From Lingula anatina (Eukaryota; Animalia; Brachiopoda): a stretch of 64,000 nucleotides of DNA. The stretch covers positions 3,658,001 through 3,722,000 of the forward strand of contig CM120647.1 in assembly GCA_051362555.1 (NCBI GenBank), written 5' to 3'. Of this stretch, positions 26,101-38,275 are shown one piece after another; position 1 is the stretch's first letter, and the number at the start of each line of letters is the position of its first letter. The notes under the pieces were generated by a model. It did not search any database. It was given only the letters and a program-made list of their open reading frames with translations, and was not told where the DNA came from. The position numbers and the translations under genes were made by a program.

Positions 26101-26668
26101 ATGTATTTATTTGCAACTTAAAAAAGTTGGATTTTACAATAAAAAACAAATAGTAGTGAGATGCGCAATCTTAAAATATGCTTGTAAGTGTTAAAATGAT
26201 TCGATACACATTAAAAAATCATAAAACTTGCTCTCTCTTTCTACCAATTCTTATCATATTCTCAGTCAGAAGTTTGGTGTAGTGCACTGTACAACCCTAG
26301 TAGTCTGCTTCGCGCCTTTACGGAATTTGATGCTCTTCCAGGAAATGATTTTCCAAGAAGAGATGGTTAACTGAGACGGAACTGTTTGCCTGATAAATTG
26401 ATTTTAATGGGTTGTTTTATTGGTTTATTTGCTCGTCACGTTTGTGTAATTGTATTGCATTGTATTTATGGGCATGTCATAATTTTAAAAGCGTACTAGC
26501 GAATAGGGTTGTCGTATCTGCATGGGGGGGGGGGGGGGGGGGAGGGGGAGGGGGTAAGACCAGCTCATGCTTTTTAACCAGGTCATTTCATAAGCGCAGG
26601 AAGCGGCTGGCGCGTGGGTGATATTCGGCGCTATTAAATTTCTTAATTAAAACTTGCTCCCTATGCTC

Positions 26669-26814
26669 CCGTGTGTAGTTGAATGTTAGTGGTAGTCCAG
26701 GTCCCCATATAATTAGTACAGTTTAGGTTTGGTTGGGTGCTGGGGTTAGTATATGGGACGAATATTGCCTGTAAAAAGTAATGGGAAGCGGATTACGGTT
26801 CCTAGTTACACCGG
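26669..26814 (+). mobile_element. Family B, copy 2 (internally deleted)
   Basis: ccccatataattagtacagtttaggtttggttgg...ggggttagtatatgggacgaat...gtaatgggaagcggattacggttcctagttacaccgg. Confidence 0.85.
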
Positions 26815-28441
26815 TTTTTGGTGGGCTGCTCAATTTTCTTCTGAGAGTAACTGCTAATTTATAAAGACCTGCTAGTACCAGTAATGTACAAAACGCATAT
26901 AATTAAGTTCACTATTTTGGACATGGCAGAGAGAATCCTTGCTCTGGTTTGAAGATACCGAGTTAAGTTTTGTCTGCATGATCAAATCGAATAAACTCAA
27001 GTAATGCAGATCGTTTTAGAGACATACAGAAGAAGCTTAAATTGTTCAAGAGACCGATTTGAAACTGTTTTTTTCCCGGTCGGTGCCTTTATTGTTCCCA
27101 TGCTTTTAGATAATATGGCATTCTACGAGTAGACAGAAAAGACAAACATGGTATAGTCAGACACGTAACTTTGCGGAAACAATATGCCAGATGCATGTAT
27201 ACAGGCAATGAGTCGTAAAGATTTGTTCTGTTTTTTCCTTTGATGATGTAATGATATTTTCTCTCCGGGGACTTGGTATTTGAAATGGCGTGCACAGTGT
27301 ACAGACCACATGCTGAGTATGGCGTATCAAGACGCACAAAATGGCGGTTTTGGATTCCTCGGTGTCAGGATTGTCAATAGAACTTCCCGCAGATGGAAAA
27401 GACACTTGCTGAACACGATGTTGCTAACGGGGATGAGCTTGGAAACATGGAGATCAAATAACAAGTTGAAGAACTAGACGTTCTTTTCTTGTTGTGCACG
27501 TGCACGTAGCTAATTTTCGGACAAAAAATCCATTAGTCTGCAAGCGTTATTTCACACAAAGTAATTTCATCCAGTTTAGTTTTGCAATTCTTTTGTCTCT
27601 TTAAACCATGTAACATGAAGTTCCCGATCGTCATACAGCTGGGATACGGTGTTATGGATGGATCTTTCATTATTTTTTTGAAAAAAAAAAGAAGACAGTC
27701 ATTTCCCAGAAATGTCATAAACGCGCACAAGCGTGACGAGTTAGTTGTAAGTTTAATGAGGCATAATATCATACAAACAAGACTCTGGAAGAGTCGGAAT
27801 GCAGGATCCGAACTCAAGGCTGTCTTATAAATGTTGTTCATCGTTGTCCTTGTTGGATTTTTTTCTTTTATGTCTATGTCATTGTTGTGTATGGAAATTC
27901 AGAGGGAACCTCTGCAACTTCTAGCCTGAGATAGACACTACTAAACGAGTGCCTGTACCTTTAATGCGAGTTCAAGGACGCGGCAATAATCTAGACGAAA
28001 CTTGGGAAATGGTGACATTTGTCCTTAGAAACAGCACCAAGGCAAACGCGCACCTGTGAGGATACCTGAAAACTCTTAAAAGAAGTGCAGTAATGTTACT
28101 GCTTTGCGTGTGGTGACACATTGGAGGATGTGTGAAGTTTATAATGTATGGATTGTCTGGGTTTACATGTATACTCAATAGCAGATATTAAAACAATATC
28201 CAAATAAAACTCACGTTTCATTTATTTAATCATTGATTTAAAGATTGGTTTTATTATCTATTACAGTATTGTGATATAATTAATACTGAGGAAAGGGGTG
28301 GGTCTGAACGTTTGTGATAAGAAAAGGACACATTTTTCCTTTGCTGTAGAACTCTTTTGCAGATGATGTTCTGAAAGCATCTCCCCCACTCTTCACAAAC
28401 GAGTGATTTGCTTATGACCGATACCAGACAAATTCATTTAG

Positions 28442-28602
28442 CAGGCCCGTAGCCAGAAATTCAAAAAGAGGGTTCTTTTTCTGAAAAAGTGGTCTTTTTT
28501 CCATGAAACTTTCATGTACCTTAATTCAATTTCACCCAGAGGGGACCTTTTCCCTTCAAAAAGGGGGGTTCTTTCGAACACCCCGAACCCCCCTGGCTAC
28601 GG
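28442..28602 (+). mobile_element. CAG-ended MITE family D, copy 1
   Basis: caggcccgtagccag at the left and cgaacccccctggctacgg at the right, with the last 5 nt of the TIR missing; flanked by tttag (28437-41) and tttag (28603-07). Confidence 0.85.
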
Positions 28603-29122
28603 TTTAGTCCCTGTATCATACAACATAAAAATGTCTCCACGTGAAAAAAGAAATCATCGACTGCCTAGAGAATCGACAGAAGAAAATATTAGAAAAACCC
28701 ACACACTCTCTCGATATATCCTGGGTAAGTTTGTGGGAAGTGGGTTTTAGGAGCACATCGTCGTTGTGTGAGTGGTCACTTATAAAGGTCGTTGGGATAT
28801 TTATTGCACTGTCTGTAACTGTCCATTTATAGAGTAAACACCAGCATAAGTTGGACAAATAAAGCAATAGCATCATAATTTCCCACGAGGAAATTAAAAG
28901 AACTGCAACAATTTCATTTTGCTATTCATTTGAGGATTTTGATAAAGTAGAATGCATTTCCCGTCCCAGAATTTGGGGTAGGTAAGCATCGTGGTATAAC
29001 ATGCAAGGCAATATTTCACACGTCTATGTATTCTCCAAATCTGTATTCTGTTTGAGGTCTACGCCTCAACCCACAGGATAAGCTGTTTGGGATTATCTCG
29101 CACGTTAGTTATGTACTGTACA

Positions 29123-29614
29123 CAGGCCCGTAGCCAGCAAATTCAAAGGCGGGCCTACCCAACTACCAGACTCGGCACCGAATGATCCTGAATTCACCGG
29201 TAAATCGGATCATGCACACTACCCGTTTTCATGGTGTGTATCAGTACGCATTTCACAGTATCAGACGCGACACCTCTCTTGCCTAGTACGCGATGTGATA
29301 GTGACGATTCTCAGCGGGGTTGAAAATCATTGCATCACCACTCAAAATTTGTTCAGGGTATGATACTGTGTAATGCGATCTGACACACACCTTGAAAACG
29401 GGTAGTGTGGTCTGATCTACCCGTGAATTCAGGATCATTCGGTGCCGAGTCTGGTAGTTGGGTAGGCCTGAAAGGGGTGGTTCCTTTTCTAAAAAAGTGG
29501 ACCTTTTACAATGAAGCCTGTGTGTACTTACACCAAATTTTACCCAAATGGACCTTTTCCTGGCAAAAAGGGCAGTTCTTTCGAACCCCCCGAACCCCCC
29601 TGGCTACGGGCCTG
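29123..29614 (+). mobile_element. CAG-ended MITE family D, copy 2, interrupted by a nested insertion
   Basis: Perfect 15-bp TIR caggcccgtagccag / ctggctacgggcctg; body matches 28442-28602; flanks gtaca / gtgca. Confidence 0.9.
29152..29468. mobile_element. Long-TIR MITE nested in family D (MULE- or Merlin-like)
   Basis: ~110-bp arms, the first 46 bp perfect (ggcctacccaactaccagactcggcaccgaatgatcctgaattcac). Flanks tcaaaggcg / tgaaagggg match at 7 of 9 positions. Confidence 0.9.
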
Positions 29615-30429
29615 GTGCATCTTTATTTCTGGCAGTGAATTACACACCATGTACTGCTTGTAAAATGTTCAGAGTTGTTTTCTTTGTTTTTATTATCAGC
29701 CAACACTTTGACACAAGGAAAAAGGCCAGAAAAATGTTCCAAATGTAGTTAAGGAATATAATGTTTCAATAGTTTAATATGCAAAATCCATTATACGCAC
29801 GTGGGCTAGAGAGACGTTACTTAACAAATTAAATTGCCTTCTAAATTATTTGACTGTTTCCTTATCGATGTAACCACTCCTTGTTGAGAAAAGGTAATAA
29901 CGGTGTTTCACATTATACACCGTGACTGTGCGGTTGGAATCACTTTAATTCAGTGGGCGACTAAGTATTTGCTAATGGTATAATTTCGTGTTTGCTTTTG
30001 GTAAATGTTTTATGAGAACGCGAGGTATACATGTGTGTTACTGAAAAGAACTGCCATCGATTGTTTTACTGTAAAAGGTATGCCTCTTTTAAAGTGCTGT
30101 TTTATTAAAGTCCCATCTTACAGCATCACTCGTTGACTAATTGGGCAGAAAAAAGCTTTATAACCTAGGAAAATATTGGAAAAATTAAAATAAAAACCGT
30201 CACCCAAAGGGGCATACGAACATGGCTTTATGTTAAGTCTATTGTCTATATCCATTCGGGTCATCACAGTTTAAGTTTCTTAAGTAATGCGTATAAAACA
30301 CACAAAACCGGTGCAAACATTGCTGCTCCAAGAATCCAATACGAAATATTGTACGAATGCGTCATACGGAACGTTGAAAAAAATATATCGACAGAGAAAG
30401 GACCTTTTGAAAAATGCATTCTTCGGTGT

Positions 30430-30762
30430 TCTACAGTATTTGGAGGTTTGGCGTTATTATCCACCACGAACAGGTAATTATGGCACCGTCTTAAGGTAAA
30501 GCGTTTTGATCTTCACATACAGTTAAAGGCGACACTGTGTGAAGATACAGGTAAATATGGCACATTATGAAGGTGTGGCGTTACCCGGCTCCTCATATAC
30601 AGGTAAATATGGCACAGTTTGAAGGTGTGGCGTTACCCGGCTCCCCATATACAGGTAAATGTGGCACAGTTTGAAGGTGTGGCGTTACCCGGCTCCCCAT
30701 ATACAGGTAAATATGGCACAGTTTGAAGGTGTGGCGTTACGCGGCTCTCCATAAACAGGTAA
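30430..30762. repeat. 52-bp minisatellite
   Basis: Unit acaggtaaatatggcacagtttgaaggtgtggcgttacccggctccccatat starts at 30547, 30599, 30651 and 30703, with a partial unit at 30755 and degenerate units upstream. Confidence 0.95.
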
Positions 30763-31094
30763 AGACCACACTAATGCAAAGCAAGAAATGGTGGAAAACG
30801 GGTACTCTCTAACATAAACCGCCTGTAAAAGAATTGGAACATTTACTGGAGTAAAAGCTCGTTACGTACAGTAAGGGTTTTCTAGCTAAGCCAATGAGAC
30901 ATACCAACTGTGCTATATGTATCAGGGAGCTGATTCTTACTTTGCCACATAAACAAACGAGGGCGCTGTCAAAAACTTCGATATGTCATATGCTTAGATT
31001 GTCAAAGACAAGGCATTGGTAATCTATATCAAAAACCCATATTTATTCAATGAATGAGAGAATACATTTGTGCGTTGATTTTGTGGTCGTTTAA

Positions 31095-31471
31095 AGGTAC
31101 ATACGAACCGAGCATCAGTTGAGCATAGATTCCCAGTAACATATATAAACCACTTCTACTAGTTTCTTATATGACTCAAATAAATTCTACATGCCAAGGG
31201 ATTTACTGAATAAATCACTGGATCAGCCATAAAAGAACTTTAGACTGCTCCTGTCTTTAAATTTTTGGTCAAAAATTTAACCTACTTTCGTGACCTACTT
31301 TTCTGGCCCATTGACATGCAGCATAGAATGCTAGCAGAAAAATCTATTCAAACCTCACTTTCGGGTAAAATTAAACAATGCCTTTTGGTAATTCTCTTAG
31401 TTATACTACTTGAAACTATATGCTGCCATCTGGTTGGCTTTTGTGACCAAAAATTGACTTCGTATGCATCT
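31095..31471. mobile_element. Kolobok-like non-autonomous DNA transposon
   Basis: ttaa|aggtacatacgaa ... ttcgtatgcatct|ttaa: 13-bp TIR with 2 mismatches, AG start and TTAA duplication. Confidence 0.78.
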
Positions 31472-32950
31472 TTAAACTAATGGAAAATGCGCTGTTATGT
31501 AGTAATTGTGCTGATATTAAAGTCATTTAGATAATAAGTCGTACTCCATGTCAAGGAATTCAAAACACACAGAGAGGATTTCTCATTTTTGATTAGCAAA
31601 TTACTAGTAGAATATAAATCGTTTCAACTTACTGGCAACGAAGTGCTAACTTATTAAACATTAACATTTTTCGAAATCAAGTATTTTACATCGAAGCTCA
31701 GATATAGATAAAACAGACTTCAGATATAAAATTACCTCAAAATAAAAGCGGAAAACAAAATTCTAAAGTAAAGATGCCTATCAACAATGACACCATCTTT
31801 ATCATTCAGTTAACACATCCATATCACGTCAAGTTTATGGATATGGCTTAAGAGATACACCTGGATTAGCACATGCTTATCTAATGTTTCAGAATAAGAC
31901 TAGCCAACTACTAATCTGGAGCCAATAAATGTGTATCTGAAGAGCATTCCCGAATGTTTCCGGAGAAGACCGAATGTATTTCTGTTTTAACAAAAACTAT
32001 GGAAGGTAGATTTCCGAATATAAATAAACATTGAGCTTGTAAGGACGAAATCCAGGTGGATTTGTAGGAAAAAATCGTTCTACGCAGCTTTCAACAGAAC
32101 GTGTTGAGAGATCATAAAACCAAGGCAGACGATCGTTGCACGTGTGGCTAAAAAGGTCAAGGTCAAAACCATTTTTCTTGCCACCAATCTTTTTCCTGTT
32201 GTTTTGGAAGGAGAAAACGATTAAAACATTTTCCACATTATGGAACGTATATTTTTACATGTTGGATTCCTACCATTAACAAAAAGGGTATATAAATAAA
32301 GACATTTACAATACGAAAATTTGCAAGGAGATGAAAATATGTTCTGGCATATCACCCAGCTCCTGTCTTAATTAGTTCTAGAGGACATCTCCCCCCGGAA
32401 GTTTAAAGAAAATGATATTCCGCTTCTTAATCACTGACGTGCGTTCCGAGCATTTTGTTATTTCTCAAACATGGCATTAGATAAACATGTGTTCACACGT
32501 AAGCCAAAGTTTTCAAACCAGAGTCAACACTTTTAGTTTGTCATTTGGGTGTTTTTTTGCGTGGTAAGTGTCTGATTCAGGGATGGTAATTTGTTATTGT
32601 GGTCCATGCCATATGAGTTCAACCAATTTTGTTATTTAGCTAGGAAATGTAAAGTGGTCATTTGGACTCATTTTTCAAAAAGATGATTGAGTGTGAACCG
32701 CATATCCGACAAACGTTCTGACGATAATCCACCACATTTGAGAATGATTTGGAAACATTTTGTTTTTGTGGGCAATGAAAGTATTTTACATTCCTTGGAA
32801 TTATTTATCTAAGTGGGGTTACGCTGAAATTTTACACCACAAATAATCCGGCAAGTAAGGAAGATAAATTGGGCTGAAATTACCGCGCACCGTCTTAATC
32901 TAATAACCATATTCTTTATTATTCCAATATTTACAAAATTGCAATTGAGG

Positions 32951-33074
32951 TATTTATTTTTCAGGTAAATTGATTTGGAGGATTCTAATCATGCCACGTA
33001 ATTGCTGTAGATGTGAATGAAGAATCCTCACGGAGACCTGGACTAAACAGATACTGTTCTTCAAATCGGTCAAA
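32951..33074 (+). other. Probable 3' splice acceptor and 5' UTR part of the KCNQ exon (exon would begin at 32965)
   Basis: tatttatttttcag|g at 32951-32965 is a T-rich tract plus CAG, 110 nt upstream of the ATG. It implies one or more upstream non-coding exons. Confidence 0.55.
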
Positions 33075-33706
33075 ATGTCGTCACTAGAGGCGCTTGGATC
33101 GTTGCTCGACTCAGAGCAGCAGAATGATACATTCGAGCGCGAGCAAGAGGAGCTGCACAGAGCAATCGACTTTGAGATTAACACTCATCAGTTGGGGTTC
33201 GAGGATACAAACTTAGCAGGCGATAATTGCCACTGGGATCTAGCAGACGATAACGCGATCGCGGCAGAGACAGAGCCGTGTGGAATTAAAGTGAAGGAAG
33301 GGAAACTAGCAGCAGACGAGCAGTGTTGCTCACCTCAAAAATTTGCAGACGATCACGACGACAAGAAAGAAAAGCGTACGCTCAGGGCCCCTTGTTTGAA
33401 GGGATCTTCTCACCACCGGCGAGGAAACGACGGCAAACGTCTGCGCGTTGAATTTATCATGGATGACGGCGACTCGGAGAAAAATTCCCTTAGAACCGAC
33501 GTGGAGAAGGAATTTAATAACATCCATGGAAGGAAACATGGGGGTTCGATGCATTCAAGGTTTAGGCAGCCTAGACTGTCGCTTCTTGGGAAACCGATAG
33601 CCTACCGACCGCCTCCGGACCCCCACTACAGAAAGGTTCAGTCAAAAGTATACAACTTTCTGGAAAGGCCCAAGGATTGGACCTCCATAGCGTACCATGT
33701 GTTCGT
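33075..33706 (+). CDS. KCNQ: First coding exon of a KCNQ/Kv7 voltage-gated potassium channel (N-terminus, pre-S1 helix and start of S1); most like the KCNQ2-5/invertebrate M-channel type
   Basis: The translation ends ...QPRLSLLGKPIAYRPPPDPHYRKVQSKVYNFLERPKDWTSIAYHVFV. This matches the KCNQ hallmark YxxxQxxxYNxLERPxxW...YHxxV and the invertebrate RxSLLGKP motif. The ORF stop lies inside a canonical donor GT|GTAAGT (33707), phase 2 in the Val codon, the same intron position as in vertebrate KCNQ1/KCNQ2 exon 1. The start context is aaaATGT. Confidence 0.95.
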
Positions 33707-36465
33707 GTAAGTAGAGTTTCCTTTATTTGTGTAATTGTGTTCTGTTGTCGGCGTTGTATTTATACATCTCTACATGTGCACAATTCAATTTAAGCCAAAA
33801 ATATATGTGGAAACATTTAGAATTCACGGCGGGTGGCATAATCAGCGCAGCATTCCATGTCATTCGCCGTGAATAATGCATTCTGCGATCGCATGATGGC
33901 TCGCAGTGCTTTAGCACATGGATCGTTGATACAATTAACCATGGATGGGTAAATGGGTAAATTAATGAAATTGTTTGTTCTGCAAAACAAATGATAGAAT
34001 TTATCTCTCCATAAAACCTGATGACTGCACACTTGGTGGCTAGATCCGTGCAGATTCTCACATCAGAGCCACTGAAACACAATTAGAACCTCATGGAGTG
34101 TTCTCTCTTTTCGGATTTTATTAAAATAATCCTGACAACCAAGACATATCTAGGTGAAGTAGACTTTTTACAAGATATCTAGTAAACATAACGCTCCAAG
34201 GATTCCTATACCAAGTAACACATGGCCGACTCGCTCGAGCAAATTAAGAAATATCAAATGCCATACAGGTGAATATGCGAGGGACTGATACAGGTATCAC
34301 GCTTTTTGCAGAATTGTGGTTTTAAAAATTAACTCGTCCTGTTCGCACACATGCATGCATTTTATATGTTATTTTAAAAAACGTATGGCGTGCCGAGTAT
34401 CACATGAATATATCAATTGTCTGTTTAAGGGAGGTTTTAGTTAATAATAGATCAAAGCGAACTGCTATAGTTCTGTAAAGTAACACATGAAACCAGTCTG
34501 ACAGAAGAAAAGCGGTCTCCTATTTCTTGAATTGTTCATTTTGTTAATATAGCCAAGCGTGTTTCTCGGCATAAAGGCTTGCATGGATTGTTCTGTTTCA
34601 GCCCGATAAATCTTGTACTCATTTTAACGAAATCAATGATAGATTGATGTTATGTGAGTCTCTCTTTTATTGGCCACAATGTATAATGATATCTCACGGC
34701 GGAAAGCCGTAATACATGTACCAAGGCTAGTCTGTTGCGTCATTGGGCAGAAACTGCTACGGACTACTAAATCGTTCTAAGTCAATGGAAGGTTTAAACA
34801 GTATGAGAATGACTTCCAACTTAAAATATTGATATCTACATGTAGGAAGTGTACCTTGGAGTGCGTCTGATATTTTCACATTCATACAGGCTTGACAGCT
34901 GTCATGGTTCCATATCGGGACAACGATTATTGCAATTCCTTTGTAATAGATATAACATATGAATGGCGAATGCTTTAGTTCCTAAATCATCATTAGCTTT
35001 AAACAAAGAAATCCTCCCGGAAGCTACGGTTCTTGTAAATGTAAAAACGCTGCAGCTGGCTGAAAGAAAAAGCCATTACTCGAAGTACTTATCATGCGTG
35101 CTGTTTGATTAAAATCTAATATGATCTTTAGCCCGCAGTTCTCCACGAGAACGCGAGGGCTCAAAGGAGAACGGAAACGTGGAAGAAGTGAGCTTCAGGT
35201 GTTCTTGTCACTAGAAATTACCGGGGTTAATTTGAATCCCGGACAGAAGGAGAAAACGTACGGTTCATAGCACAAAGAATAATCAATTAAGTGTATAAAT
35301 TTTCTCATTTTAGTTACATGTATTAACATAAAGTTATCAGTACATGTATTCTGATAACTTGAAGTTATATGTGGTAATTGGAGGTTGCTTTGCCGAGTTG
35401 TTTGATTCAGGATCATGCGATGAGGAAACCATCACGTATCCCGAATCCCTTGTTGAAAAAAAACATTTTATAATTCCGAGAGGAGGACTTTGAAGGTGAT
35501 TGGTCCATTCTGTGTCACGTGCCGTATAGGACTGCCAATGCTTCGAGGGAAAATATGTTTCAGAGTACTGTAAAAAGTTACATTATCTACATGTAAACAT
35601 ACCTCTTGTTTCTTTCCGTAAAATCGCCTGTTATAGTGGTTGTGTTTTTTCTCCGTTCCCGTAAGTCTCAGTAAAAAAAAAACAATCTGAAAACATTAAC
35701 TTATCAATCGTTTGCAGATGACAATATGTACTAACTGAAACCTCGAAATCCAATTAGTAGCCAAAGCCGCTGCATCGCGAGTTTCATTTTTCACTCCTTT
35801 AAAGATGGATTGCAAGTGCGTGTTTGGTTTATTGACAATCTATCGAGCACGTGCCTTTTAAACGGCCATTGTCATAAACCCTGGACTGTCTTGAAAAACA
35901 GATGTAATTGCATTTAGAAAACTTATCCAATCATTGCAGGTTTCGCCTACTTAAAAGTGTATCTTTTGTTAATACACAATGCCACAACAGCCTTTCTATT
36001 GTATTCGTGGCGTTGATAATTCGTTCAAAGTTGCGTTCATTTTGAGCCAAAAACTACACGTAAAATGTCCACGGTACATTAACCAAAATTAGGTTTACCA
36101 ACTACAATTACATCCCAGATGTAGGATCTGAAAAGAGTATCGTATAACGTCTCCTATTTCGTTTAACCTTTTCGCTAGTGAAAGTTCAAAATATGGCTTC
36201 GTGGAAACTAATCCAATTGTTCACGAAGTTGGAATCAATGCTGAAATTGGAGACAAACTGGAATTGAAAATCAGTTTGGTTTTTCATTGTGCACGTATGT
36301 TTGTCGGATTGAATGCAAGCCTCGCTTTCAAACACACCGGAAGACCAAAGGGCTGAGATGTCACGTGATGTTCACGTGGGCGGGACTTGTTAAATTCCTG
36401 TGTGGAAAATTCCATCATATTTCGAAGTTCACAGTTTTGTCTAGATATATTGTCCAGCACGTGTA

Positions 36466-36622
36466 CCAGTGTAACAGCAACTGAAGTCCGCTTGTCCATT
36501 CCCCATCACTTTGTATTGGTGACAATCGTCTCATATATTTACCCTAATACTCCAACCAACCCTAACCTGTACTAATTATATTGGACCCTGAACTTTTATT
36601 CCTACCATTCCTCCCACGCCGG
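36466..36622 (-). mobile_element. Family B, copy 3 (diverged)
   Basis: ccagtgtaacag...aatactccaaccaaccctaacctgtactaattat...cctaccattcct...ccgg. Confidence 0.82.
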
Positions 36623-38171
36623 TCTCACGTTCAAAGTCTTACTGTGATACAGTTTGTATTTTTACAACACTAAACCATAAACAGTTTATCCTATTTACTT
36701 GGGACAAGCAAATGTGAAATAATATGGTATATTATATCCCGTATGGTATATTCCAGTCAAATTGGATTTCCCTTGAAAACTTTGCAATTTTTCCCTACTC
36801 ACGAATCATTCTTCGACTGGACCATGAATCCAGATTCGATGATTTAAGACATTCTAATTGATTCAAAATGGTTCTGAGGGTCTGGTCAGTCATTTAGACT
36901 GCATTGTCTTCCTGTGCATTACAGAACAAAAGTATCACATCAGGCACTTTTATTTGATGATTTTTGGAATATTTTTAAGGTCTTAATTGAAAAAGAGAAG
37001 AAGAATTTACAGGATATGTAGGCATTGCCAATTTCATTTTTGGACATTTTTCAAACACATACATTACCGGTATACCTTTTAAGTTTTTTCTCTCCGTGCA
37101 TTCAAATACTGTCAAAAGTTTATTTACGTCCAGGACCGAAAATACTTGGTACACATAGTCATTTACCCCCCTCCTTTTCGCTGCTTCTCCCACGCTCATA
37201 CTTTAAACTTGGTCAAACTTTAGATAAAGTCAATTTAAAAAGGTCAGATTAAAAAAAAAGTTCAAGGTTAAGGTCATGTTATGCAACAGGTAACCAGTGC
37301 ACTGAAACTCTCCTCAATTGAATGGTTTTTACTTAGGTAGTGTGAGTGTAAACGACAGCCCAATCCAGTTTGGGACCCGGGTCTGCGTAGGTGTCGTGTA
37401 TCGGCAATGATCATGACAGTGAACTGGATCTAACGAGCTATAAAATACATTAAAACAGATCGCCTCGGGTGGAAACAGGTGACAGCAACATGATGTTTTA
37501 AAATGATGTGTGTTTCAGGCTACATTAAAGGTGAGTGAGATAGCAGGTTGCCAGTGTTGCTCACCGTTAGTATTAATTATGTGCTATTTTTTCTAAAGCC
37601 ATACTTTACCGGTTTACAGTATATGTCACTATAGAGTACCATGCACGTGTAGCACACCTGTTGTTCCGCTGATGATGATCGATGACATTTGACCATTGTG
37701 TGCATCAAATCAATCAGTATTCCAGATAGAAACGTCATTTAAATGGTTATCTATTGCGCATTTTCATATACAGCCTTTTTAAGTTTGGACAGATCATGTA
37801 TATTCTTTTGACTGGATTAGAAAAAAACACGTGTGTGTAACAGTAAATTTACAATGTATGTACATTACTTCTAAATTGCGATCGTGTTGGAAGGGTTTCA
37901 GTCGTGTATTGTCTTGTATTATGGAGACAATACACTGTTTTATCAATCAGCTTGGCGAAGTGCTTTAAATCATGTCGGTTAGAGAAGAGCCGTCGCCCAC
38001 GGCCAGCGAGTCAAGTGAAACATTTCAAAAAACATAAAAAAAAACTAGAGCAGCTGGCTGTGAAGTGTTGAGCGTCATCGCTGCCCGGTTTTTGTTTTAC
38101 ACAACGAAAAATTACCTGCATAGCGGCCAATATGCATCAAATGAAGTGAGTGAAATTCCTTAGCAAAATGA

Positions 38172-38275
38172 AAAGTTTGCAGCAATAATACAGCAAAATT
38201 TGCTGCAAATTTGCGAGAAGGAATTGTAGTTTGCAGCACTATTGCGGCAAATTCGCTGTAATTTTCCAGCAGCCC
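38172..38275. repeat. Second copy of the TGCAGCAAA-motif repeat
   Basis: tttgctgcaaatttgcgagaaggaattgtagtttgcagca matches roughly 17955-17993. Confidence 0.65.

Noticed and set aside
33018-33020. Selenocysteine call for the in-frame TGA
   Set aside because: No CxxU/UxxC motif, no SECIS visible in this window, and KCNQs are not known selenoproteins; left only as a testable remote option.
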